Positions 9,478 to 18,892 of a stretch of 64,000 bases of DNA are shown here, one piece after another. The notes beneath the pieces are model-generated. The model did no database searches and was not told the DNA's origin. It saw nothing but the letters and a program-made list of their open reading frames with translations. Position 1 is the first letter of the stretch. Each line of letters opens with the position of its first letter. The stretch covers positions 64,001 through 128,000 of the IMG/VR virus record IMGVR_UViG_3300010167_000010; one strand, 5' to 3'. A program made the translations under genes and the position numbers. The DNA comes from a virus. Its lineage: Duplodnaviria; Caudoviricetes.

Positions 9478-9720
9478 ATGGGAACAGAAATATCTCGAAC
9501 ATTTACTGATGAACAATTATTTAATTTAGAATTGTCTATAAAAAGTATTATATTAAATGAATTAGAAAGACAAGTTTTTCCTCGTCTTTTAATAGATGCC
9601 CCAGTAATTCCATATGCTGAATTATCTAAAATAATAAATAACTTAAGAACAACACCTACTTTAAAAATAACAGAAACAGGTGTTTCAATAGGATTACCAA
9701 ATGAATCAATACAAAAATAA
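9478..9720 (+). CDS. hypothetical protein
   Basis: Start moved to MGTEIS at ATG 9478, after AGAGG. Confidence 0.65.
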   Translation: MGTEISRTFTDEQLFNLELSIKSIILNELERQVFPRLLIDAPVIPYAELSKIINNLRTTPTLKITETGVSIGLPNESIQK

Positions 9721-10330
9721 ATTTATAGTTTTTGAAGGAGCTGATACGTGTGGAAAAAGTTCTACATGTGAATTATTTGTAGAACATTTAAAATCTAATA
9801 ATATAGATGTAGTAAAAACTTTTCAACCTGGAGATACTGAATGGGGTCCGTTAGCATCTTTATTTAGATCTCTATGTAAAGACAAGCGACATAATTTATC
9901 TGAATATGGTAATTTATTTGCATTTTTATTAGATAGGGCTGAATGTGTAGATAAAATAATTAGACCGGCTCTTAAAGAAGGGAAAACAGTTGTATGTGAT
10001 CGTTATACTTATAGTACAATTGCATATCAATTATACGGAAAAAATTTAATAGAAGATTTAACTTTAACTTGTGGACAAGAAATAGCAATGGCACTTCTTC
10101 AATGGTTTAAAAACCCTTATACAGATATTATTCCAGATATAGTCTATTATTTCCCAGAAAAAGTTGGAAATAGAATTAATGATATAAATGATAAATTTGA
10201 TAATGCGACTGATGATTTTAATAAAAGAGTTCAAAATGCTTATCATTTAATGTCTATAAAACATAATTGGAAAATAGTTAAACCTGGAAGTTCTGTTGAA
10301 GAAACTTTAACTAATTTGTTAGGAGTTTAA
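9701..10330 (+). CDS. tmk: thymidylate kinase
   Basis: FIVFEGADTCGKSS, FQPG, LDRA, VVCDRYTYSTIAYQ, PDIVYY. Confidence 0.9.
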   Translation: MNQYKNKFIVFEGADTCGKSSTCELFVEHLKSNNIDVVKTFQPGDTEWGPLASLFRSLCKDKRHNLSEYGNLFAFLLDRAECVDKIIRPALKEGKTVVCDRYTYSTIAYQLYGKNLIEDLTLTCGQEIAMALLQWFKNPYTDIIPDIVYYFPEKVGNRINDINDKFDNATDDFNKRVQNAYHLMSIKHNWKIVKPGSSVEETLTNLLGV

Positions 10331-11281
10331 ATGAAAGTAATAGTAACGGGACATGCTGGCTTCATAGGAAGCCATCTTTGTGATGATCTCTTAAAAAGAG
10401 ATTATGAAGTAATTGGTATAGATAATTTTTCTAATGGAAAAGAAAAAAATATAAAACACTTACATAAAAATAAAAATTTTACGTCTATAAAAGGCGATAT
10501 TATGAAAAGGCTTCCAGGTGAAGAAGAAAAAATATTTGAAAATGTTGATGCTATTTTTCATTTCGCAGCTAATTCAGATATACAAAAATCTTCTAAAGAC
10601 CCATCAATAGATTTTCGTAATACTTTTCATATTACTGTTCAAATGCTAGATTATTGTAGAAAATATAATATAAAGAATTTTATATTTTCCAGTACTAGTG
10701 CAATTTATGGTGATACTAATAATATGAAAGTTCCGGAAAACCATGGACCACTTATTCCTCAATCACATTATGGTGCTGCTAAATTATCAGCTGAAGCTTT
10801 TATTAGTTCTTATGCAGAAAATTTCGGAATTAAATCTTGGATAATTAGGTTTCCAAATGTTTGTGGTTCTAGAATGACTCATGGGGCTATTTATGATTTT
10901 ATTAAACAATTACAATCACAAAAAGATTTAGTTAAAAATTTAAATGTATTAGGTGATGGTAAACAATGTAAACCATATATTCATGTATCTGAACTAATAA
11001 ATGCAATTATTTATATTTGGTTAAGTTCAGCACGCAAAGTAAATATATATAATGTAGCACCTGAAACACAAACTACAGTAGCTGATATTGCTAAATGGTG
11101 TGGTGATGCTTTTGGTGAAGTTAATATAAAGTTTGAAGATAAACCAATTGGTTGGACAGGTGATATAGCAAAATTTCAATATAACACAAGTAGACTACAA
11201 AAATTAGGTTTTGAATTAAAAATGACTTCTGATGAAGCTGTTAAAACATCTATACATGAATTAATTAAGGAGAAACTATGA
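10331..11281 (+). CDS. NAD-dependent NDP-sugar epimerase/dehydratase (extended SDR)
   Basis: VTGHAGFIGS, SSTSAIYG, YGAAK, RFPNVCG, GDGKQ. Confidence 0.92.
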   Translation: MKVIVTGHAGFIGSHLCDDLLKRDYEVIGIDNFSNGKEKNIKHLHKNKNFTSIKGDIMKRLPGEEEKIFENVDAIFHFAANSDIQKSSKDPSIDFRNTFHITVQMLDYCRKYNIKNFIFSSTSAIYGDTNNMKVPENHGPLIPQSHYGAAKLSAEAFISSYAENFGIKSWIIRFPNVCGSRMTHGAIYDFIKQLQSQKDLVKNLNVLGDGKQCKPYIHVSELINAIIYIWLSSARKVNIYNVAPETQTTVADIAKWCGDAFGEVNIKFEDKPIGWTGDIAKFQYNTSRLQKLGFELKMTSDEAVKTSIHELIKEKL

Positions 11282-11850
11282 AAAAATACGAAGAAAATTT
11301 AGAACAATATTTCAATGAAGAAATAATGATTTTAGAACATTTAAAGAAGGATAAGAATATAGTTATCCTATTAGATCATTTATTAAATGCTAGAAATAAT
11401 TTAAGAACAATATATATTATGGGAAATGGTGGATCAGGAGCCGCCGCATCTCATTGGGTTAATGATTTTAATAAGGGAATGCATGGAACGCCACCATTTA
11501 AAATGATTTGTTTAAATGATAATATTGCAACACTTACTGCTATTGCTAATGATGATAGTTATGATAATGTTTTTGTTAAGCAATTAGAATTTAGAGTAAC
11601 AAATAACGATTTAGTAATAGGTATTTCTGGTAGTGGTAATTCTCGAAATGTAATTAAAGCAATAGATTATGCTAATGCTGTTGGAGCAATGACTTTTGCT
11701 ATAGTTGGTTTTGATGGTGGAAAATTAAAGAAAGAAGCTAAATGTGCTATTCATATAAATACTAATGAAATGGGAATATTTGAAGATTTATCTATGACTA
11801 TAGATCATGCTATATTTTATCTCTTTAAAAAAGGTTTGTTAAATGGGTAA
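11278..11850 (+). CDS. gmhA: SIS-domain phosphoheptose isomerase-like protein
   Basis: GNGGSGAAASH, TAIAND, GISGSGNSRNV, GFDGGKL, EDL...H. Confidence 0.85.
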   Translation: MKKYEENLEQYFNEEIMILEHLKKDKNIVILLDHLLNARNNLRTIYIMGNGGSGAAASHWVNDFNKGMHGTPPFKMICLNDNIATLTAIANDDSYDNVFVKQLEFRVTNNDLVIGISGSGNSRNVIKAIDYANAVGAMTFAIVGFDGGKLKKEAKCAIHINTNEMGIFEDLSMTIDHAIFYLFKKGLLNG

Positions 11851-13168
11851 GCGAGTTATAATTTTGGGTGGTGGGTTATCTGGAATAACTTTAGCTCATA
11901 CGCTACAAAATTATCCAGAAATAGACACTATAGATATAATAGAAAAAGAAGAAAAATTAGGTGGACTTTGTCGTTCATTTAAATCTAAAGATGGTATAGA
12001 TTACGATATAGGACCTCATATTTTCTTTTCTAAAAATAAAGATACTTTAGAATTTATGAAAGATATTATGATGCCTTATATAAATTCTTATAGACGTTCT
12101 AATCAAATAATTCATAAAAGAAAATTTGTTCAATATCCTTTTGAGAATGATTTGGGAAAATTAGACGAAGAAGAAAAAAAATATGTTCTTAGAACTTTTA
12201 ATGAAAATCCATACGAAAATTTAGAAGCAACAAATATGAGACAATTTTTTCTAAAAACATTTGGAAAAGGTATTTGTGATTTATATTTATTGCCTTATAA
12301 TGAAAAAATATGGAAATATGATTTATCATTTATGGATTTACAAATGGTTGAACGTATTCCTAAACCACCAACAGAAGATATACTTAAATCTATTAATGGT
12401 GAAACAGTTGACGGATATACACATCAATTAAATTTCTTTTATCCAGAAAAAGGAGGTTGTCAGACATTTATAGATTTATTTGTAAAAGAATTAAAACATA
12501 AGGTAAGATTTATAAAAGAAAAGGTTGTAAATATAGAAAATGGTTGTATAAATAATACATATAATTATGATATTCTAATTTCTACAATCCCATTAAATGA
12601 ATTTACTAATTTATTTCATGAAAAACCAAATGCGCCTTCTACACAAAAAACTTTATATCCAGTAAAAGAATATGGAGATAATCTAGTTTATAACGGAATA
12701 GAAATTTTTATAGTAAATGTTGAAGGTGATATTGGAGAAGAAAATTTTGCATTTATGACAGCTGATAAAAATATAGAATTTCATAGATTATCTAAATTAG
12801 ATTATTTTGGAAAAAATTATCATAAACCAGGAACTACCACATTTATGATAGAAGTTACTAAACCTAAAGAAGAATTACATTTATCTAAACATATAAATTA
12901 TATAAAACTTATGATAGAAAATGGTTTAATGAAATTATTTGGTACTGATATTAAAATAAATAATATAGATTGTAGTATGTATAATTATGCATATGTAATT
13001 AATGATATAAATCAAAAGGAGAATAAAAGAAAAATATTTGAACACTATAAACAAAAATACAAGAACATTTATTTTGCTGGTCGCTTTGGTTCATGGCAAT
13101 ATCTAAATATGGATCAAACAATTGAAAACGCTTGGAATGTAGCTAAGGAGATTAAAAATGACTTTTAG
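11843..13168 (+). CDS. FAD-dependent NDP-sugar pyranose mutase-like flavoprotein (UGM/Glf-like)
   Basis: GGGLSG Rossmann, EK...GGLCRS, GPHIFF, YNEKIW, GRFGSWQYLNMDQ. Confidence 0.75.
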   Translation: MGKRVIILGGGLSGITLAHTLQNYPEIDTIDIIEKEEKLGGLCRSFKSKDGIDYDIGPHIFFSKNKDTLEFMKDIMMPYINSYRRSNQIIHKRKFVQYPFENDLGKLDEEEKKYVLRTFNENPYENLEATNMRQFFLKTFGKGICDLYLLPYNEKIWKYDLSFMDLQMVERIPKPPTEDILKSINGETVDGYTHQLNFFYPEKGGCQTFIDLFVKELKHKVRFIKEKVVNIENGCINNTYNYDILISTIPLNEFTNLFHEKPNAPSTQKTLYPVKEYGDNLVYNGIEIFIVNVEGDIGEENFAFMTADKNIEFHRLSKLDYFGKNYHKPGTTTFMIEVTKPKEELHLSKHINYIKLMIENGLMKLFGTDIKINNIDCSMYNYAYVINDINQKENKRKIFEHYKQKYKNIYFAGRFGSWQYLNMDQTIENAWNVAKEIKNDF

Positions 13169-13343
13169 ATTCGGAGAAAAAAATATAACTATAGAGGAAC
13201 TTATAGATTTAATTCCTCGATGCGGTAATGTAGATTTTACTTTAACAGGTGTAGAAGCTATGGATTTAGCAATTATTATTAAAAAACTTTATGAAGATAA
13301 TAAAATGATATATGATTCAGAAGGAGAATTTGTAAGAGAATGA
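13158..13343 (+). CDS. hypothetical protein
   Basis: 61-aa ORF, AAGGAG SD. Confidence 0.65.
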   Translation: MTFRFGEKNITIEELIDLIPRCGNVDFTLTGVEAMDLAIIIKKLYEDNKMIYDSEGEFVRE

Positions 13344-13621
13344 TAGAAATAGTTCTTGTTTCTACTTTTATTAGTTGTATTGGATTATTCTTATTAGCTG
13401 TTATTATTGAAAAAGCTTATACTTATAATAGACATAAAACTAAAAAAGTTATATTTAAAAAAGTAGAAAAAGAACGTTATATAAAACCAATAGAACAGAT
13501 AAAGGAACAGGAAATTAAAAAAGTGGAATTTAATTTTGATGACTTTGTAGATTTTTCTGTTCCTGATAAAACAGAAAAAATAGATAATATAGATATGTTT
13601 AATTTAGGTGAATTTAAGTAG
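13340..13621 (+). CDS. small membrane-anchored protein
   Basis: N-terminal TM helix; ATGA overlap. Confidence 0.6.
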   Translation: MIEIVLVSTFISCIGLFLLAVIIEKAYTYNRHKTKKVIFKKVEKERYIKPIEQIKEQEIKKVEFNFDDFVDFSVPDKTEKIDNIDMFNLGEFK

Positions 13622-13637
13622 AGGTTAATGTATTAAA

Positions 13638-14528
13638 ATGAAAAAAACAGCAGTAATGATATTAGGTGGTAATGGCCCAAAATCTAAAATGTATAATTCA
13701 GATTTTCCAACTTTCCAAACTAATGAAAAACAAGATATGTATATATTTTATCCTGCGGGAAAATATCCTGATTGGAAATTAGACCCATCAATTGGAACTT
13801 TAATTGATGATAATGGTCCATTTAAAACACCAGTAGTTCCAACTATTAGAAATAATATGATAGAGTTTGTAAATAAAAAGGGCTATGAAATATTATGGAT
13901 AGTAGATGATGATATAACTAATTTTTATCGTTTTCATGAAAAACAATCAGACGATCAACCTTTACAAAAAGATAAAAAAACACCACTACCAGATGTTGAA
14001 GAATTATTTGGTGGGATTATTGGAGCTAACTTTAAACGATTTAAATTAAAGACTGGAAAAAAATATTCTAATCAAATACCTTATTCTTGTATGTACCTAA
14101 ATTTAAAAATGTATAAAGAAAAAGGAATAAACCCTTTGTTTGAAATAGGTGTAGCAACTTGGGATGACTTTGATTTTGCTTTACAAATGAGACAAAAAGG
14201 ATTTTTACCACAAACATTTAATCAATATGCTATTATAAAAACTGGAACTCAAGATAGTGAAACTGTTGGAAAAAGTATTGCTGCTTCTGGAATAGATAAA
14301 GTAAATAAATTGGGATTTGAATTATATAAAAAATGGGGACATGCTAATACAGCTGTAAAGTTAAAAGTAAATATTATTGATGTTGCTCCAGCTCTTTGTA
14401 AATCTTTTCAACCAAAGTTTTGGACATATAGAATTGATACATATGAAAATTGGAAAGAAGACGTATTAAAAGATTCTAAAAATTTACGAAAATCTGAAAA
14501 GGCTAAAAAAGAAGGATTACATGTTTAA
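13638..14528 (+). CDS. GT-A glycosyltransferase, TAGT/GREB1-like
   Basis: RNNMIEF...WIVDDDI, WDDFDFALQM, LYKKWG pattern. Confidence 0.65.
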   Translation: MKKTAVMILGGNGPKSKMYNSDFPTFQTNEKQDMYIFYPAGKYPDWKLDPSIGTLIDDNGPFKTPVVPTIRNNMIEFVNKKGYEILWIVDDDITNFYRFHEKQSDDQPLQKDKKTPLPDVEELFGGIIGANFKRFKLKTGKKYSNQIPYSCMYLNLKMYKEKGINPLFEIGVATWDDFDFALQMRQKGFLPQTFNQYAIIKTGTQDSETVGKSIAASGIDKVNKLGFELYKKWGHANTAVKLKVNIIDVAPALCKSFQPKFWTYRIDTYENWKEDVLKDSKNLRKSEKAKKEGLHV

Positions 14529-15213
14529 GTTTGGCGAAAATAAATCGTTACAACTATTTAATATTTTAAAAGATAAAAAAACAGGATTACTTTATAGAGA
14601 AAATAGTTCTGACGAAATTACTCTTAAAGACGTTAAATCTGAATATAAAAAATTATATCCTTTTTGTAAAGATAAAACTATTTTAGATATGGGCGCTAAT
14701 ATTGGAATATTTACTCATTATGCTTTAGAAAATGGTGCAAAAAAAGTTATTTGCTATGAACCTGAAGAAATAAATTATTCTATATTACTTAATCAAAATT
14801 TTAAACAAGTAGAATTACATAATGTAGCTATTACTCAATCAGATAGTTTTATAATGTTATATAGCACACCAATTAAAGAAGGAAAAAAAATATCTACAGA
14901 TAATCATTCTATAAAACAAATAAGAGGAAGAACTGCAAAACAAGTTGAATCTTTAAATTTTAGAAAACAATTAGATTTGCATCAACCTGATATATTAAAA
15001 GTAGATATTGAAGGTGCTGAGTTTATTCTTGATTTTAAAAATTTACCAGAATGTATAAAATATATTGCTATAGAAATTCATTATCAACTTGATGAAATTT
15101 GTTCTGATAAATTATTAGAAGTTTTAAGAGACCAATTTAATGAATTAGATTTTAAAATGAAAAATATGTTTAAGAAAAAGTTTGCAGCTGTTTTTATAGG
15201 AGAAAGAAAATGA
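14521..15213 (+). CDS. FkbM-family SAM-dependent O-methyltransferase
   Basis: LDMGANIGIF, CYEPE, LKVDIEGAE, IEIH. Confidence 0.9.
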   Translation: MFKFGENKSLQLFNILKDKKTGLLYRENSSDEITLKDVKSEYKKLYPFCKDKTILDMGANIGIFTHYALENGAKKVICYEPEEINYSILLNQNFKQVELHNVAITQSDSFIMLYSTPIKEGKKISTDNHSIKQIRGRTAKQVESLNFRKQLDLHQPDILKVDIEGAEFILDFKNLPECIKYIAIEIHYQLDEICSDKLLEVLRDQFNELDFKMKNMFKKKFAAVFIGERK

Positions 15214-16010
15214 AATATTTAATAGCTATTGCGGCAAGAAGTTCTACTTTTCTACACCCCAAACATCCTAATATTATTTATTTTATGGATGATGATCAAA
15301 CAGACCATTATAAAGATGTAAATCATATTGCTTATCCAAGAGCACATTTACAAGCTAAAAGAAACTTTGTTTTAGACTATGCACGATCTAATAATATAGA
15401 ACATTTAATAGTTTGTGATGATGATGTAGATTATTTCAGAACACCAGAAAAGAAAAAAATAGATTTTATTTCTGGTTGTGAAGAAATGATTAAAATAGCT
15501 AAAGAAGAAAAGTTAACTGGAATGATGTTAACACAAGATGTATTTATTCATTGGAAAAAAGATGCTGAAAAATTTACAAATTGTACAAAATTGGCTTGGT
15601 GTTCTTATTTAAATGTAAAACAAACTCCAGCTAATATTAGATATGATGAAACTCCTAAAACATTCGAAGATGTTGACATGGCCTTACAATTAATGCATGC
15701 TAATCAATCATTAAAGACTTATAATTGGTTATCAGCTCACATGATATCACATAAATCTACTTGTTTTGATCCAGAAAATTATGCAAAAGGTTTTCTTGAA
15801 TATATGTGTAGACTTTATATTAAATGGGGTGATGTAGTAAGTATACATCAACAAAAAAGATTTCCTAAATCACCATACGGATTTAGATTAAAATTAGATA
15901 AATTTCATAAATGGACTAAAAAAGAATTAGCTCAAGCAATATTAGATAATTATACTGAAGAAAATGTAAATAAGTTTTTTGATAAAAAATACGTCTTTGG
16001 TCAAGTTTAA
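15210..16010 (+). CDS. GT-A glycosyltransferase, TAGT/GREB1-like
   Basis: KRNFVLDYA...VCDDDV, RYDE...FEDVDMALQL, LYIKWG; paralogous to 13638..14528. Confidence 0.7.
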   Translation: MKYLIAIAARSSTFLHPKHPNIIYFMDDDQTDHYKDVNHIAYPRAHLQAKRNFVLDYARSNNIEHLIVCDDDVDYFRTPEKKKIDFISGCEEMIKIAKEEKLTGMMLTQDVFIHWKKDAEKFTNCTKLAWCSYLNVKQTPANIRYDETPKTFEDVDMALQLMHANQSLKTYNWLSAHMISHKSTCFDPENYAKGFLEYMCRLYIKWGDVVSIHQQKRFPKSPYGFRLKLDKFHKWTKKELAQAILDNYTEENVNKFFDKKYVFGQV

Positions 16011-16025
16011 TTACTAATTAGGATA

Positions 16026-16118
16026 ATGCTAAAAAATATATTAAAGATTACTCTTTCAATAATAATTACGATTATAATTCTTTTTATTTATTCAATTTTT
16101 ATGTTACGATTTATTTAG
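16026..16118 (+). CDS. 30-aa hydrophobic peptide
   Basis: MLKNILKITLSIIITIIILFIYSIFMLRFI* after the class B motif at 16012-16020. Confidence 0.4.
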   Translation: MLKNILKITLSIIITIIILFIYSIFMLRFI

Positions 16119-16692
16119 CATCAATAACTTCAACATTAGATAAGTTTAAATTTCTGGCTGCCTTTAAGTTTTTATCATCATCATCAATAAATACTACATT
16201 ATCGTACATATCAGCAATCATTTTTATAATTTTAGCTTTTCTTTCAAAATCTTTTAATCCATCTAACACTTCACAATATTTTTCATCCCCAACGGCATAA
16301 GATAATGATTTTTTAAAATTATTTTTTATATCTTGAAGTCTCCCATCTTTATCTCTAAATTTTAAAAATGACATCATTGCGTCTTTAATAACATCTTCGC
16401 ATCCCCTTGCTGTTAAAAAAGCACAATCATATCCCTTATTGATATAATTATCTATAATTTTAAGATTACTTAATAATGGTGTTCCATTCATTATAGAGCG
16501 TCTAACTATATCTGGATCATTAAATTCCCAATAATCGTATGTAATTCCAGGTTTTCCCTTGTCTGAATCATTTGCAAATTCTTCTGTAGATAATCGTTCT
16601 TTTTCTCCGTCTTTAAACTTCCAAATACCAATATCTTCTACCTTAGATTTAAGTATTGTATCGTCTATGTCGAAAAGAACTATACTGTTCAC
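16111..16692 (-). CDS. HAD-superfamily phosphatase/nucleotidase
   Basis: FDIDDT, LTAR, K, FIDDD motifs. Confidence 0.8.
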   Translation of the reverse strand: MNSIVLFDIDDTILKSKVEDIGIWKFKDGEKERLSTEEFANDSDKGKPGITYDYWEFNDPDIVRRSIMNGTPLLSNLKIIDNYINKGYDCAFLTARGCEDVIKDAMMSFLKFRDKDGRLQDIKNNFKKSLSYAVGDEKYCEVLDGLKDFERKAKIIKMIADMYDNVVFIDDDDKNLKAARNLNLSNVEVIDAK

Positions 16693-17099
16693 GTTATCAT
16701 ACCTTTATTTAAACTATTTTTATCTGTTTGATTTATATGATTTATTACCCATTCAATTAAAAAGAATACGACATCGTCTAAACTAAAATTAATTTCAGAC
16801 GTTTCTATAATACCACCAATTTTTTTAATAAATGTAGAGTGTTCATATCTATGTTGGTCTAAAAATCTTTTATTTATGTTATTTAATTCCATTATATTTT
16901 CTTCAGTAGAAAAATGTTCAATTATATAATTTGTAATTTCATCTTTTACTGAATTAAAATACTTAAGTTCTTTTTTATGATCTAAATCTATATTATTTGT
17001 TAAATCATTGATGAAATTTATTAGACCTTTATGCTGATTATCTACGATGTCTAAACCTGTAGCCAGTTCTTCTGACCACTCTAAAACTTGTGATTTCAT
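16689..17099 (-). CDS. bacteriohemerythrin
   Basis: W....TG...VDNQH, HF..EE, H..EH..F, W..NHI...D; all di-iron ligands present. Confidence 0.88.
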   Translation of the reverse strand: MKSQVLEWSEELATGLDIVDNQHKGLINFINDLTNNIDLDHKKELKYFNSVKDEITNYIIEHFSTEENIMELNNINKRFLDQHRYEHSTFIKKIGGIIETSEINFSLDDVVFFLIEWVINHINQTDKNSLNKGMIT

Positions 17100-17101
17100 A
17101 A

Positions 17102-17133
17102 TAATTAGTTACAATAAGAGTTATTACTAAATA
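17102..17133. promoter_or_regulatory. divergent pair of class B promoter-like motifs
   Basis: AACTAATTA (- strand, 17102-17110) and TACTAAATA (+ strand, 17125-17133), each 2 nt from its ATG. Confidence 0.65.
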
Positions 17134-17135
17134 AT

Positions 17136-18866
17136 ATGAGTGATTTATTAGATTATGTAAAACGTATTGAAAATAACGAAGAAACAGGTGTCGGTTTAGA
17201 TGATTTTGCTCCCCTTCCAGGAGCAAGTGATTATGACGAAAATAAAGATCCAGAAATGCAAGATCTTATTGAAAGTTTACAAGAAGCTAGAATGTCTAGA
17301 CCACAAGCTATCGAAGCATATTTAAGTTCAACTGAAGAACCAACATATAAAGATTTTATGAAATCACAATTTGCTCATCCAAAAATGACTGCAGACCAAT
17401 TTGCAAAAGATGTAGCTTATTTAAGAAAAAGAGGGGTTGGTGTTGGTACTGGAGTTAGATTAAAATCTACTGGTGGAACAGGTTATGCTGATGAAGCTGG
17501 AGCTATTCATAGAAAAGATCCTAAAAAAAGGCCGGGCCCTTACGATGAAGAAAAACCGGAAGTTTATGAGGGTGGGGAATATGCTAAAAAGGTAGCATCA
17601 TTAACACAACAATTTGGAACTGCATCATTAGATCTAACTTCAAAAGAAATATTTGATGAAATTACTTCAACTGTCAAAAGTATAATTGGAAAAGATCCAT
17701 TACCAAAAAGAAGACATATTATTATATATGGTGATCCTGGAATTGGAAAAACCTATGAAGTTACAAAAGCTTGTAAAGAACACAAGCATTCTAAATATAA
17801 GTTTGTAGAAATAATGGGTTCTGGATTAAATGATACTATTAAAGCAGTAGTTCCTTTTATGTTTATAAATTCTCAAGATTGTGTTATTTTATTAGACGAT
17901 TGTGATAAGATGTTAAAACAAGAAGCTAGAGAAGAAGTTTTATTATTCTTAAAAGGTATCATGGCTGAAGATGCTGATGAAAGACCAACAAGTTATCCAG
18001 TACATAGAAAAGATGAAATGGAAAGAGAAGTAGAAAAACGAAGAGGTGCAATAGCTTCTAAACAAGAGGGTTGTACAATTTCTATAGATTTACCAGCATT
18101 AAAAGAAAATAAATTTATATTAAAAATTGATAATGAAATAATTATAGATAAACATATTTCTCTTAGAGAAGCACAAGAATGGCAAAATAAAATTAGACCT
18201 TTAAAAAGAGAAGAAACAAAATACGAAAATATTTATTCAAGATCTTTAAGAGATTTTAAAAGACTAGATGAGGGGAATACAGTAAAAGATTTCTTAAATG
18301 ATTACGGAGCTGATCCTAATAAAGATAAAAAAGATTCAAGAAGAGATGACGAAGATGACAATGATATAATTGAAAGTGATGGTTCTATGCCAGAAAGCTT
18401 TACTTTTAATTCTTCAATTATATTTGTTTCTAATTTAGAAATGGAACATATAAATTCAGCACTCTTAACTAGAGTAAGTGCTAAAGGTGTTAAACTTTCT
18501 ATGTTACAATTCTTAGATAGATTAGGTGCAATTTATGGTGGATTAGCTAAAGGCGGAAATCCAGAAATAAGAGAATGGTCTAAAAAATGCGTTTTTACTC
18601 TTATTGGTATTTTGATTGAAGCTTGGAGAGCAAATGTTCCAATATTCGGTTCACCTGTAGAAATAAATAGAAAATTAACTTTTAGAATGTTTAACGAATT
18701 TGTTGATGATTGGGAAAGATATGCTGATGATGAATGTAGAAATACTTTTAAGAAAGATTTAGATCCTAGAAATAAAGATTTCTTAGATAAATTATCTGAG
18801 CATTTAATTCCAATTATGTTAAAGAGAAAATGTATTCCTTGGTTAAAAACTGTTGAAAGAATTTAA
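17136..18866 (+). CDS. AAA+ ATPase with acidic insertions
   Basis: Walker A GDPGIGKT, Walker B ILLDDCD, sensor IFVSN, ALLTR. Confidence 0.8.
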   Translation: MSDLLDYVKRIENNEETGVGLDDFAPLPGASDYDENKDPEMQDLIESLQEARMSRPQAIEAYLSSTEEPTYKDFMKSQFAHPKMTADQFAKDVAYLRKRGVGVGTGVRLKSTGGTGYADEAGAIHRKDPKKRPGPYDEEKPEVYEGGEYAKKVASLTQQFGTASLDLTSKEIFDEITSTVKSIIGKDPLPKRRHIIIYGDPGIGKTYEVTKACKEHKHSKYKFVEIMGSGLNDTIKAVVPFMFINSQDCVILLDDCDKMLKQEAREEVLLFLKGIMAEDADERPTSYPVHRKDEMEREVEKRRGAIASKQEGCTISIDLPALKENKFILKIDNEIIIDKHISLREAQEWQNKIRPLKREETKYENIYSRSLRDFKRLDEGNTVKDFLNDYGADPNKDKKDSRRDDEDDNDIIESDGSMPESFTFNSSIIFVSNLEMEHINSALLTRVSAKGVKLSMLQFLDRLGAIYGGLAKGGNPEIREWSKKCVFTLIGILIEAWRANVPIFGSPVEINRKLTFRMFNEFVDDWERYADDECRNTFKKDLDPRNKDFLDKLSEHLIPIMLKRKCIPWLKTVERI

Positions 18867-18870
18867 ATTA

Positions 18871-18880
18871 AGTTAATTTA
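18871..18880 (+). promoter_or_regulatory. class A promoter-like motif
   Basis: AGTTAATTTA 12 nt before ATG 18893. Confidence 0.5.
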
Positions 18881-18892
18881 AACTCATTAAAT

